NCBI RefSeq assembly: GCF_963921235.1
Contig: NC_086097.1
Span: 213,282,001 to 213,346,000 of the forward strand
Reading direction: 5' to 3'
Origin: Mobula hypostoma
Taxonomy: Eukaryota
DNA: 64,000 bases
This document shows positions 1 through 12,640 of this stretch, piece after piece. A program made the position numbers and the translations under genes. Position 1 is the first letter of the stretch; each line of letters opens with the position of its first letter. The notes under the pieces are model-generated. The model saw only the letters and a program-made list of their open reading frames with translations. It made no database searches and was not told where the DNA came from.

Positions 1-311
1 TTTTTTTCCCTAGGAGAGGAATGGCTAATACAAGGGGGTGTGAGTTTAATATGATTGGGGAAATGGATAGGAGGAATGTCAGAGGCAAGTTATTTTACTG
101 AGTGGTAAAGTACGGTGTGGAATGTTCTCCTGGGGTAATGGGAGTAGATGCGTTAGGGACATCTAGGTAACTCTTAGATAGGCATATGGATGATAGAAAA
201 ATGGGCTCTTTATAGATGAGGGAAGAATAAAGTTGATCATAGTATAGACTAAAAGGTTGACAATATTGTGGGCAGAAGGGTCTGTAATGTGCTGTGATGT
301 TCTGTGTTCTA
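1..311 (+). mobile_element. CR1 LINE 3' end fragment
   Basis: Resembles the 3' ends of the younger CR1 copies in this window; ends in a tgttctgtgttcta tail. Confidence 0.75.
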
Positions 312-689
312 AAAACTAAAAGGCAAGGGAATCAAACTGATACGAATGATTTATGAAGTTTTTTCACTGTTGTATGCTTTTTCTTTTCTTCCCTCCCCCA
401 CCTGTAAAATAAAGCATGCAAGTTGTGTGTGCACAACAACTTTTCATATGATTTGTGCCAATAACCTGGATCTTCAGATATCAGCAGGATTAATTTAAAA
501 TGACACTTGCATCTCAAACAGCAAAAGTCTCAAAATAGTACCAAACCTTAACTGGTGAATTCTATTTTTCATAGTGATTTCAAAGATACTTAAAAAAAAT
601 GCAAGCAGGTTTTGCCTCAGAGGAAGTTTTCAGTGACTAATGCAAAATTAAGTTACTTTGATGAAAATGATTTAGTTCTTGGAAGCCAG

Positions 690-1200
690 CAGAGCAAGTC
701 ATGTTTAACTACTGTCACTGAATTTTTTTGAGTTAAGTGATGAGGATGCTATTATTGTATATAGAGAGTTTCAAAAGCTGTTTTTTAAATAAGTGGCTCA
801 TAATGGTATGTCAGCAAGGTTGAATTAAATAGGCAACAGCACCAGGAATAAAATGCCGACAATAACAGTGAACTGTCTTTTGGTGAGCAGTTGATTTTTT
901 AGGCTGTAGGAAGGTAGATAGTGATATTTTTCAACTATCAATTATTAATTAGATTGGGTGCACAGGATAAATTCACATTTTGAAGACTGCATTTTGATGG
1001 TACTATGAGAATAGTTTCACCATTCAAAGAAGGGTTTGGGATTGAACACTTATGGAAGATAAACAAAAGTAAGATGGAGTAGGCGGAAAATGACAGGGCT
1101 ACTACAAAAAAAGAGTGGGGACTGAGTTGCTTTTGCAAAATACCAGCAAAGACTTGAAGGGTTGAATGCCTGCCTTGTTTGCTGTTACTCTTCATGGTTT
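690..1200 (+). mobile_element. highly degraded CR1-like RT fragment
   Basis: caagtcatgtttaact...gaatttttttgag resembles the CR1 RT (K/R)SCLTNLxEFF segment; boundaries approximate. Confidence 0.5.
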
Positions 1201-2569
1201 TGTGTGCAGTGCATCAGTTCTGTTGAATGATACCAAGTTGCTTTTATATTTTGCTCTTCAAAAGAAATTGTGCGTAACATACTTTTGAAACTTTAAGTGG
1301 CATCTGTGGCTGTATTTTAGGAATCCAATATCCTCTTAAAAACAGATGAAAGAAACCTCAAGTACAGTGACATTTATCGTGGAATAATATTATTGTAAGA
1401 TTTTAGAAAATTTATGATGTGGTTAAACATAATGGAATAGGTTGCACAGATTAAGCCAGTATTGTCAATATTAGTAGATTGTTTATAGTGATGGAGATAT
1501 TTAATATTGTTGAGTGGTTTTACAGATTGTTACTGCATATAGAGTACCTGAAGAACGAAGTGACTATTTTGTTTGGCTAATGTAAGTAGCATAAGCAACC
1601 AAAATTGATGAGTAGAGATTCAGATCAGATATGAAAATGACTAGGCTGAACATTCTAGTGGACTGGTCCTTCCTTCAGCTTCGTAAAAACAACAACTATG
1701 GAGTATTGTGTGAAAAATCTCATTGCTGAATGAACACACAATGATTTTGGTCTCATTAGCAAAAAAAAAGCAGATGATATACCCAGGCCTTCATAGCCTT
1801 TAGTCATGTTGGGGAGAAAAGAAATTTGACATGGACTATGGGTAGTACAGCTCTAGTTAGATGAGGCTTGCAGAGAAATGCAGTGCATTAATGCTTTATT
1901 TGTAATTACTTTGGTGTTCTTAAAGCAACTTTATAAATGAACATGAAAATATGGAATTTTAATCACCTTCAGTCAATATTTTCTTTATCAAAATTCAAGG
2001 TGTGTTTGTGTAAATTGTTCCTTGCTGCCACTGAGGCACTCTTAATAATTTGTTTTCCAAGCCCCAGTGAGATGGGATTGGTTGATTCATACCAGTGCAA
2101 TCTGCAACTATCATTGGCATTCATATGCAGTTGAAACACATCTTGTACCTTGAAGTCTTAAGTTTGAATTTTTTGTAATTGCATGTAAGCATATTTATGG
2201 ACACTACTGGAAAAATTGATGTCTAAGGCAGACCTTGGATTTTAGAGATAATGTGGTTTAACTAAGAAATTGCTGCGATTTGACTGTGAGGTAGTTTTCT
2301 TATTGGTTTAATTCAATGAATTTAATTATTAAAAATGAACGTATTTTGAGGACAAAACAATTAGTCATGCTCAGTACGAATGGCAATAGGGCGATCGTAG
2401 TATCAGTGAATAAGACTAATTGATTAGACAGCAATATACTCTTTCAGAATCATAAATTTGAATAAACAAGCTCCTAATTGAACAGCATAATTATTTAAAA
2501 TCAAACTCATTGGATAAATCGCAGCAATAACATGTACTCACTAACGCAGTATTTGAGTAGCACAATGGG

Positions 2570-2865
2570 AAATGTAGGAGAGCAGCTGCCTCAGCTCCAG
2601 TGACTGGGATTTGATCCTTGACCTGTCTATGTGGAGTTCACACATTCTTCCTGTGACTCTGTTCCAGTTTCCTTCCATGTGCAGGTGGTAGATTAATCAG
2701 CCCCTGTAAAATGCCCCTTGTGTAGTTGAGTGGTAGAATTTGAGTGTGTTGATAAGAATATGATGAATAAAATGGGATCAGTTTAGGACGAACATAGATG
2801 ATGCTTATTGGCCAGTGCAGACTTGCTGAGCTGAAGGACTTATTCTGCTCAGTTTTGTGTGATTA
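2570..2865 (+). mobile_element. tRNA-derived V-SINE/HE1-like SINE, degraded
   Basis: gtctatgtggagttcacacattcttcctgtgact...gtttccttcca core similar to the SINE at 56627; CR1-like 3' tail. Confidence 0.65.
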
Positions 2866-3039
2866 TCTGACATGAATGATTAGATTTTTCTCTAAACAAA
2901 TAACATTTCCAGCTTTAGTACCATTGGTCTTATTTTGTCATTGGCTTTGGAGATGAAATACCTATTTTGCTTGTAATGCAAATAGAAAGTTTAATGCTAT
3001 TCCTAAGGAGTAATCCAGGCTGAAATGATAGCACTTGGC

Positions 3040-3280
3040 TGAGAAATTGCTCTTTATCAGATATGTTAGTGTTAGACAATCACCATCACTAGTTATTTCC
3101 CCATCATTAGTATCACTAAAATATATCAGTTAATCAATGTGTCACAGCTCTGTGTGGGAGCTACCCATGCGTAAATCACTCACTGTTCAACTTTGTATCA
3201 GGAACTTAAGTTTTAGCCACTCCATTGGCTGTGCATACTTCGGGGTTTACAGGGGGTGTTTTTTTATAAACGCAGTATTT
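3040..3280 (+). mobile_element. ancient Deu/L2-tailed SINE remnant
   Basis: ccattggctgtg...tataaacgcag ending is typical of DeuSINE/L2 3' ends. Confidence 0.45.
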
Positions 3281-4354
3281 AGTTGAATTACTAAATTCCC
3301 TTTAATTCCAAAAGTTTTGCTACTAATCTTTCCTTACCCAACCATAGCATGGTTTATAATTACCTGAGGTAAACTTCTGGCAGTGTCTAAATATGGAAGC
3401 TAGAGCTGACCTTTCCTGACAACAGCAACCAGGAAATTCTGGTGTAATGAAGAATTTAAATGCTTTGAGTTGTGGACTAACCGAAGTTTTCAAGTAGTGT
3501 TGGCTTCTGGCACTTGAAGGTTTGCTACTTTCCATTGTCTTCCTTCTATTAGTTTGGTGTTAGGACACATTGGTGCAATTTATGAGCCAGTCTCTTTAAA
3601 AATTGATGCTTATACTGATGTAGTTATAGTTTTGAGTACTGTCTTACAATATTGGATTAATCAAATTATGACACTAGTTTTGGGTTGGTGTCTAAATCAG
3701 ATGGTTGGATGTCATTCCTAACTTCAGATTGATCATGATTGACATTTGCAGTGCACTTTTGAATGTTTACTTCACCGTTAGTGGTGCCATGTTTTGGAGA
3801 TGTTGCAGAGATCTTACAGCTCCAGCTTCTCCCTCCCTCCCTCCCTCCTCCCCCTTGGTAAATCTTGCTTTGATTGGTTGCTACGTTGCATTAGTAGCAC
3901 TTCAGAAGTAGTTTCTTGACTCTAAATGCTTGGTCCTGGAGATGGAAATGGTTTTTACAAATTTAAGTTAATTAAGTTAGCATTCTGTTGATACTCAACC
4001 ACTATTACATAGTTTTGTACTTGTAAGATCCAAAGGTGGCAGAATGGTCGGCAGCTCTGGACTTCTGTGATTTAGAACAGCAGGGATCTAACTAAGTTTT
4101 TAATGAAATTAGTTGAAGCTTTTGAAGAAGACTATAATGTTGATACGACAAATACTTTTGCCAGTACTCTGACCACTTGTTGTTGGTGTTCGTTCCAGTG
4201 GCATGTTAGAACTACCTTTGCACCAGTTTCAACAATATAGTGTGAACAATCCTGCAGCGTTTTCGATAATTTTATGGCACGTGCTTCTGATGGATTTACT
4301 CCTATAGCATCGTTAGGGAATTCAAGGATCTCGAATCAGTAATGAACGAAAGGT

Positions 4355-5265
4355 ATCCATATCAGAGTGGTGTTGGATTTGGGAGGGGAGTTTGCAAGCA
4401 AATTCTTGAATACTTATTATTGGTGTAAGTGCTTTTGGAGCAGCCAAAACAAGTGTTTTTTTCTGCAGATGAGACATGTTGTAGCTACAGTTCACAATGG
4501 TGGAAGGAATGAATATTTAGGGTGTTGATTTAGTAGGAGGCTGTACTTTGGGTAGGTGATGCTGGCATTACATTTACCCAAGAAAGTGGAAATAAATTGC
4601 ACTCCTAACTTGTGCTTCAAATCATTGAGGAAGGTCATCAACAGCAGAATTCTTACACCATAATCAAATTATGTTGGAGGCTATTATTCTCATTTTGTCT
4701 CTTGTATTTGACTCTTTCTGTGGCTGCAATGTAGTATATATTAGATTGGCCCTGATAAAACTTGTACCAGGCTGTTTTTATTTGACAGACTGGCCTGAAT
4801 GACATTTTAATTTTTAGGTATCTGCTGCTCCTGGCATGCACATTGGTACTTATTGAAATGTTTTTTTTATCCCTTGCCTTAATTGCATTAAGTGGGGGAT
4901 ATTGCAGGCCACTGATGCAGATTATGTTGGCATAGAATTCTGCCTCATGATTATTCAAGTTTTGAGCTACCAGATGTGATCAGAGTCTATTTTGTTTCTC
5001 GTTTTGGTGGCACCGCACAACAATGTGTGAAAATTGGGAGGGGCAGTATGTTGTGGTTTTTTAGACTTGCATTCCCAATGCAATATTTCTGTTCAACCAA
5101 ACCACTCTTGGTTCTGTATTCTGGAGTACCTGTTTTGTCCCTTTCTGTGCTGTCGTGGCTTCCAGATATTGCTCAACATGGTACTGATTCATCAGTTAAC
5201 AGGATGGGTGACCAGATGATCTTTCTGCACCTGTTGTACATGAGGCTTCATGCACTGATATGACC
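4355..5265. mobile_element. old LINE-like remnant interrupting EVE-A
   Basis: Separates RdRp motif C from the RdRp C-terminal part; LINE-like composition; family not resolved. Confidence 0.35.
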
Positions 5266-5989
5266 TGCAAATATACCTCAGTAAAATCAACATAGTTTTT
5301 GCAATTTTAGGGAAGTTAACTAGTATTTTTTGACAGACCAAGTGGATGTTTTTCATTAACTTTATTTACCAAATGACAAAAGTTGTTGTAGTTAAAATTA
5401 GTTCATCTTCAGGCTTGCTTAGATATTGTATTTCAAAATAGAAATTTAAAACCATACTCAAATTATTCTGCTATATCATGTGATTGATAAACATTGTGCC
5501 GCCTTTAAATTAAAACAAAAATATGACTTTAATGCTACATTGTTCCAAAGTTAAAAAAAATTATTCCATTAATGGGTGTATTTTTTTGTTGAAACCTCCT
5601 TTGTTTAATTATGATGCCTTTTTCTTACAAGGGAATGGAAATATTTTAGATATGCATGCACTAGAAATTTTATAGCTTTGTCATGTATTACAAGTGGGAG
5701 GTTTTGCTCTTTTACAAAGACAGTGGGAGGAGATGAGAAAAGTGAAATGATTTCATTATAAAGTTGACCCACATACTTAATCTCTATGGTATTGTTGCAT
5801 CTTGAGAATAATTCATGTACCTGAGGCTATTTAACTGAAATTTTCATGTGTATGAGGTTATCATGCTTATGTTGCAGTCAGTTAAAATTTTGAAGAGTTA
5901 CTGCTAGGAAGGTAAAATCATTGAAGGTGTCAAGTTTGTTCACTGACTTGTGTATGTAATAGTCTGCTGAAGAGGAAAGCCCTTAACTC

Positions 5990-6180
5990 TGAGTGGAGTT
6001 ATCGGGACGCTGTCATGACGGCATTTTTTTGTAAGCAGGCTTTCTTATTTTTACGAGGCCGAGTTGCTAGCTCGGCGCTCAACCTAGCATGGATGGAGAG
6101 TGTGCAAGGGAGCCATCTGGATACGAACTCAGGACCCTTCTTTCCGAAATCCAGTGCTGATGCCACTACGCCACCAGCCG
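5990..6180 (-). mobile_element. tRNA-derived SINE
   Basis: Minus strand has A box TGGCGTAGTGG and B box GAGTTCGTATCC; body similar to 26322-26584. Confidence 0.7.
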
Positions 6181-6411
6181 TCTTAATAGCCTATTGCTGT
6201 ATGGCTAATTTATCACAGCCAGTCTTCTGATGTTGGCTGATCAACTCTCAAACTTCATTTCAGTCTCTACCTGCATTGAATAATTCAGTATTGATTCTGA
6301 GGGATAAGTAATTAAGCTGAAAATGGGTGTTTGTTACCTGTTGTAAGATTTTACATGTAGAGCATCCAAATCTGAAGAAATTCTTGCGTAAAATCCAGTA
6401 GTGCCCAGGTA

Positions 6412-7969
6412 TAGTGGTGCTAGGAAGTTTATGAACCCTGTAGAATTTTCTCTATTTCTGCTTAACTGTGACCTAAAGTGTGATCAGATCTTCATGCAAG
6501 TATTAAAACTAGTTAAAGAGAACCCAATTAAATAAATAACACAAAAATATTATACTTGCTCATTTATTTATTGAGAAAAATCATCCAATATTACATGTAT
6601 TTGTTGAAAAAAGTATGTGAACCTCTGGGGTATGCCTTCTACAAAAGCTATTTGGAGTCAGGTATTCCAATCAATGAGATGAGATTGGTTGTAGAAGTGC
6701 CCTGCCCTATATATAAAAAAAGAGACACAAAGTCAAGTTATTGACAGAGCCTGCTCTTCTCAGGAAAAATCTGTTTATGTGCACCATACCTTGATCAAAA
6801 CAATTTTCAGAGGACCCTAGAAGAAGAATTGTAGAGCTGCATGAAGCTGGAAAAGACAACAGAGGCCTTTCTAAAGACGTGAGTGTTCATCAGATTACAG
6901 TAACGGAAGATGTCTACAAATGGAGAAAACTCAGTACTGTTGCTACTCTTTCTAGGAGTGGGTATCCTGTAAAGATCACACCAAGAGTGCGACGTGTGAT
7001 GCTGTAGGAGTTGAAAAAGAACCTGAGGGTAACAGCAAAAGACCTGCAGAAATCTCTAAAACCTACCAAAGTTCCTGTTCATGTCTACTATAAGAAAAAC
7101 ACTGAACAAGAATGGTGTTCATGGAAGGACACCACTTCTCTCCAAAAAAAAAAATTGCTGCACATCTCAAGTTTGCAAAAGACCACCTGGATGTTCTATA
7201 ACTTTTCTGGGACAATATTCTATGAACAAATAAGACAGAAGTTGGACTTTCTAGCAGAAATGCATATTGCTATGTTTGAAGGAAAATTGGCACTGCATGC
7301 CAACACCAAAACTTCATCCCAACTGTGAAGCATGGTGGAAGGAGCATCATGGTTTGGGGCTACTTTGTTGTTTCAGAGCCTGGACAGCTTGCAATCATTG
7401 AGTGAACAATGAATTCAGTATTTTACAGGAAAATGTCAGGGTAGCAGTCCATCACCTGGGGCTTAATAGAATTTGGATGATGCAACAAGACAATGATCCG
7501 AAAAACAAGAAAATGGTCTAAAAAGAAGAAAACTTGTGTTTTGGAATCAAAGTCTTGACCTTAATCCTATAGGAATGTCATGGAGGGACCTGAAGCAAGC
7601 AGTCCATGCAAAGAAGCCCAGTAGCATTCCAGAGTTGAAGCAGTTTTGTAAAGAGGAATGGCTTAAAATTCCTTCAAGCCAATGTACAGGACTGATAAAC
7701 AGTTGCTGGAAATGTTTGGCTGAAGTTATTACTGTACAAGGGGGTCACACCAGTTACTAAAAGCAAAGGTTCACATACTGTTTCCAACAAATACATATAA
7801 TAATGTACCAATTTACTCAAATAAATCAACAAGTATAATTTTTTTTCTGTTATTTATTTAATTGGGTTCTCTATCTAGTTTTAGGGCTTGCGTGAAGATC
7901 TGATCATATTTTAAGTCATTTATGCAGAAATAGAAAATTCTAGAGTTCACAAACTTTCTAGTACCACTG
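6412..7969 (+). mobile_element. Tc1-like DNA transposon with long (about 200 bp) IR/DR-type TIRs, degraded transposase
   Basis: TIRs TAGTGGTGCTAGGAAGTTT.../...AAACTTTCTAGTACCACTG; transposase fragments (VKHGGRSIMVWG, QQDNDPK, SLDLNPIG). Confidence 0.9.
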
Positions 7970-8559
7970 TCTATTATCTAAGCAATTTTGCTGTAGTAAG
8001 AAATTTTTTTTTTTAGGCTTTGTGTATTGAGTTTTGCTGGACATGATTCTTTTCCAAGTCAAATTGTTGCACTGCCAGTGAAAACCATTAGAACCTTTTT
8101 TTACCATACAGACCTGGAGATGAGGGACAAAATTTGGGTCACAGTTGAGGGCTAGATGACAGGAAAATTCATGTCCAGCACTGCACTAAGCTGCCATCCT
8201 CTTGGTAACATGATCAATTTACTCCGGTGTATAATTGCAGGGTTTCTTGTTTTGAGCTGTTCATTGTACATCCAAATATAATACTACGTGTCATAGGTTG
8301 TTAAAAAAAAAATAAATTTGTGTAAGGTGTAATATTTTAATTAACTATCTTGGCTCCGAAGTTGCAGAGATTTGCAGGAAATCTACATAAAATGGAATAA
8401 TAATGATTTGATTTAAAGTTAACATACAAGAAATTATCATCTTTTAGGTAGTGTTTACAAAACTTCAGTGGGTGAAAGTCATGTTATAAATATATTTTAT
8501 TTAGTACATATCAGTTGAAGATATTTAAAACTGATGTTAATGGCCTCCCCAACATAATG

Positions 8560-8990
8560 TCTGCTATGTGAACAAGGCACTGATCCAAATAGCAGACATG
8601 TTTGAAAAAATTTAAGGCATCCCCACTTTGTTTTGGAGTGAAGACTACATACACTACATCTGTAGTATATGGCATGCATGCTCCGCTGATGATGTATGGT
8701 TGATAGAACTGACTGGCTACATCTTTGCAGCTGAAAGCGATTGATGCAACTGGATTAGAGAGGTAGCAATTGGATATGAGCTTTAGTATTCTAGAATTAT
8801 CACCCAAGCTTGTGTTTTACTGGTTGAGAGAAGTTTGTCATATTTGGCATGGGCGTACTCAATTATCTGGCTTCTATTGAGAAATTTTTAACTATTTTAA
8901 ATGAAGTGACTATCTCAAATTGCCTGCAAAATTATCTGAACCCTGAAATTTGGCCTGATTAAGATTTTGAGACCATGATCATTTATTGCA
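8560..8990 (+). pseudogene. EVE-B: decayed Tymovirales-like methyltransferase fragment
   Basis: YVNKALIQIAD, GIPTLFWSEDYIHYI (8616-8660), IELTGYIFAAESD (8703-8741) resemble the tymoviral PTxFMHDALxY and LERLYASLVVPPESD segments. Confidence 0.55.
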
Positions 8991-9469
8991 GAAATGAATA
9001 AAACTTTAATAAAATTTCTTTCCATTCAACATTTGTGTTTTTAAGAACATTAAAATAACAGGAGTCGGCTATATAATCCTTTAAGGCTGCTTCACCATTG
9101 AAAGTCATGACTAATGTTCCATCTGAGCATTGCTTTCCAGCACTATCTTCATTTGCCTTGGTTCCCTTAATGCATTGAAATCCATCTGTGCTTTGCATAA
9201 CTTCCAAAGCTGCCAAGGTCAGAAAATATCCAAAGGTCTTTCATTCTCTTGCATGCATCATACACTGGGGTGCTCTTTTCAGTTATCTGATGAAGTAACC
9301 GTAGCTTTTGGCCAGGAGCCGATGTCATCAGGTGGTGCCCAACCTCCTTCATAGAATGTTTTGACCCTTAACCATGATGCTGTCTAGTTGGCGGGTCGAC
9401 AGTGGTGGCCAAGTCACTGCCCATCTGCTCCTGACTTCCAGCTCAACTCCCCTCGCCTGCTCCATATAA

Positions 9470-9555
9470 CACCATAAGACCTAGGAGTAGAATTATGCCA
9501 TTTAGGCCATCGGGGCTGCTCCACTGTTCAATCATGGCTGATCCTTTTTTTTAAT
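9470..9555 (-). mobile_element. short CR1 3'-end fragment inserted in the Hero ORF
   Basis: accataagac...ggagtagaatt...gccattt is the reverse complement of a CR1 3' end. Confidence 0.7.
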
Positions 9556-11864
9556 TCAGCAGGAGGCTCTTTCTTCTTCCTCCCCTATCCTGCAAACTGC
9601 TTGGTTCTTGCTCCTTTCATCAAGGTCCAGTGCAGAGAGCAACCTCCATGCCGCAACCTTGCCAGGAATACTCTGCAGCCAGTCTCCATGGGGAATAGAC
9701 ACATCTGCCATCTGTTGTCTCTGCACTCCTGGACTAAGATCTGGTACTTCAGGGCCCTCTTCTCGTGAGCTTACTCGCATCCTTCCTCCTATGGTATTGT
9801 GAGCTCCACCAGGATGATTTTCTTGTCTTTAGTGGACCACAGTACGATGTCTAGTCGAAGTGTGGCTTACATCACTTCCAGGAAGTGCAGTTTTTTCCCT
9901 ACATCAACCCTCATCTTCCATGATTTGGCAGTTTGCAGCAGATTGGATTTGGGCCTCTTTGATATGACTGGCTTGGCCCTCTTATTGATGAAGATGACCC
10001 CCCTGGTTGGCCCTCTGCCAGCTGGTCTCTTTTTACACCTCTCCCACTCCAGAATGTCAGCAAGGGACACCAAGACTTTGTAGTGCCACCAACACTGTCC
10101 TTGTGTTAAAGCTGTTTTGCATCCTGACAGTACGTGTACCAGTGAACCCTGCTGACCGCAAAGCTTGCACTTAGGGTCCTCCCTCACCCTCCATGTGTGC
10201 AGCTATGGTGTTGTAGGGAGAGTGTCATACACAGACCACAGGAGGAAGGAAATGTGGAAGGGCTGCAGTCTCCAAAGCTCTGCACAAGTGATCTGCGCTT
10301 GGGAAGATCCCATTTCATCCAGACTGCCTTTTGATACCCACCTTTCATCCTTGCGGCTCCTTACCCCTGCCTTGACCATGTCATGCCTATCCTTTGCACT
10401 TGCACTCCCCCATCATTGGAAGTATGCAGAGCTGAGTCCTTGCCGTCCCAGGCATGGGTTGGCAATGATGTATCTCAATTGCAGGGAGCTCACTGCCTGA
10501 TCCATGGCCGAGTTGACGGCCCACTTTTGGCACAATCTTGTGACTCCTGTTTGGTTTATTAGATTGTCATTGGAGCCCTCAGTGTTAACACAATTCTATA
10601 ATCTATCACCTTGAACTCCTCCACTGCTGATGACAATGGGAGCTGTAGCTGGCCTGATCTTATGTAGAGCCCCACTGAATAAAAACTTGGTGGGGGGGTG
10701 GTCCTAGCCAGCTTCGCAGGTCCTTGTTGACTTTCCTCTCGATGGCTTATATAGTGGTCATAGGGAACTTGTACACCATGGAAAGCCACAGCAACCATGG
10801 TAATAGACTGCGTTGGTACAACTAAGTTTTAAGTTTACCAGGGGGTCTGGTTTTGTCGATCTTCTTCAGTCACTCTTCAGTCTACTTTACTGGCTTCTAC
10901 TCTATGGATGGAATGACTTCTACCTGTACTTGAAGACTGAACTTGCTAATAACCATGCTCTTTTTGATTACCATGCATCTGGACTTCCTGGCCTTGAAGG
11001 TCATCCTAGCCCAGATAGCTAAGTTGTCCATTGTTTCCAGTACCCATCTTGCTTGGACATGGGTTACAATAGTTACTGTGATGTCATCCATGAATCTCTT
11101 GTAGGTTGTCAGATCCCAGGCTCCAGCACTGGGCTGTGGGTTACATCTGATGCTGCTGATATGAGGATATTCATACCCATGACAAACAAGGTGGGGGAGA
11201 TGGTACAACCGGTTAGAATCCTTTTTTGGAGGTCTTACCATCTGGTTGTAAAGTGGGCTGAAGTGAAGCATAACTTGAATCCTCCAAGGTAGCGGGTGAT
11301 AATGTCTCTCATTACTGGTGGCATAGGGTAATGGTCCAGGCTGACCTGGATGAGGACATATGGAATTGATCCATAGGCATTGGCTAGATTTAACCAGATG
11401 ACTGTTAGATTGCCTTTCTTCTGTGTAGCCTCGCAGATCAATTGGCTGATTATTGAAGTGTGTTCAAGGCACCCAGAAAAACCCAGGATGCTACCTTTCT
11501 GGATGGATCTGTTGATATAGTGGTTCTCCATTAAGTAAAAGGTCAGTCTTGCAAGCTCTGAGAAGAGTATCTTGCATTCTATGCAAAGGAGGGAGATTGT
11601 CCTAAACTGGGCGATTGTGGAGGAATCTTCTTCTTGTGGAGGAATCTTCTTCTTTAGGACAAAGCATCCTGCAGCCATTTTCTAGCTTGGTGGGATAGAG
11701 TCCAAATCTTCCACAACCTCTGGAGGAGTTTTGGGCATTTCTTATATCTTGTGGCGTATACCACTTGGTCCTGGGTCAGCAGATGACTCTGCTCTCTGAT
11801 ATCCTGGACCTTCTGCCACGTTCAGCTCAAGTTGCTAGGATTCTTGGTTGGGGGACTTTTGGAC

Positions 11865-12640
11865 TTTGGAAGGAAAAATGGAAAATCAGGTGATTATTTA
11901 AATAGTAAAAGATTGCAACATGTTGCTGTGCGGAAGGACTTGGGAGTGCTTGTGCATGAATCATAAAAGGTTGGTTTGCAGGTGCAGCAGGCTTTCAAGA
12001 AGGCAAATGGAATGTTGATTTTCACTGCTGGAGGGATTGAATTTAAGAGCCGGGAGGTTATGCTGCAACTGTATAGGTTACTGTTGCGGCTGCATCTGGA
12101 GTACTGTGTGCAGTTCTGGTCTCTTTACTGAGGAAGGATGTACTGGCTTTGGAAGCGATGCAGAGGAGGTTCACCAGGTTGATTCCAGAGATGGGAGGGT
12201 AGACTACAAGGAGAGATTGAGTCACCTGGGACTGTACTCACTGGAATTCAGAAGGATGAGAGGAGATTTTGTAGAAACATAAAAATTATGAAAAGGATAG
12301 ATAAGATAGAGGCAGGAAAGTTGTTTCCACTGGTAGGAGACATAGCCGCAAAATTTGGGGGGCTGGGGAATATATTTAGGACTGAGATGAGGAGGTACTA
12401 CTTTTCCCAAATAGTAGTGAATCTGTGAAATTCTATGCCTAATGAAGCAGTGGAGGCTACCTCATAAATGTACTTAAGACAAAGTTGGATAGATTTTTGC
12501 ATAGTAGAGGAATTAAAGATGATGGGGAAAAGGCAGGGTAGTTGGAGATGAGTGCATGGTCAGATCAGCCATGATTGAATGGTGGAGCAGGCTCGATGGG
12601 CCAGATGGCCGATTCCTGCTCCTATATCTTGTGTTCTTAA
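11865..12640 (+). mobile_element. CR1 3' fragment nested in the Hero element
   Basis: LGLYSLEFRRMRGD; tcttgtgttctt tail. Confidence 0.85.

Larger units (their letters stand above)
1250..5608 (+). pseudogene. EVE-A: decayed Tymovirales-like replicase (SF1 helicase + RdRp), interrupted by SINEs and an old LINE
   Basis: Collinear motifs across frameshifts: SGICGCILGIQYPLK (1296-1340), SRLFIVMEIF/LLSGFTD (1473-1527), LFCLAN, DWSF, WTMGST, CSALMLYL*L (1879-1908); FWVGV*IR (3678), MLGP, HSVDTQPLLHSFV, ALDFCDLEQQG (4054), WHVRTTFAPVSTI, PIASLGNSRI (4301), KHCAAFKLKQKYD...VYFFVE (to 5608). Confidence 0.75.

Noticed and set aside
2250..2460. Extra helicase motifs (CGLTKK, AIVVSVN)
   Set aside because: Motifs V and VI are already placed at 1832-1908; this is probably linker sequence and the match is weak
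8511..8807. Minus-strand ORF with KDVA and GDALNFF as a viral methyltransferase
   Set aside because: The plus-strand frame fits the motifs and spacing better. This ambiguity also shows that by-eye motif matching can give false positives
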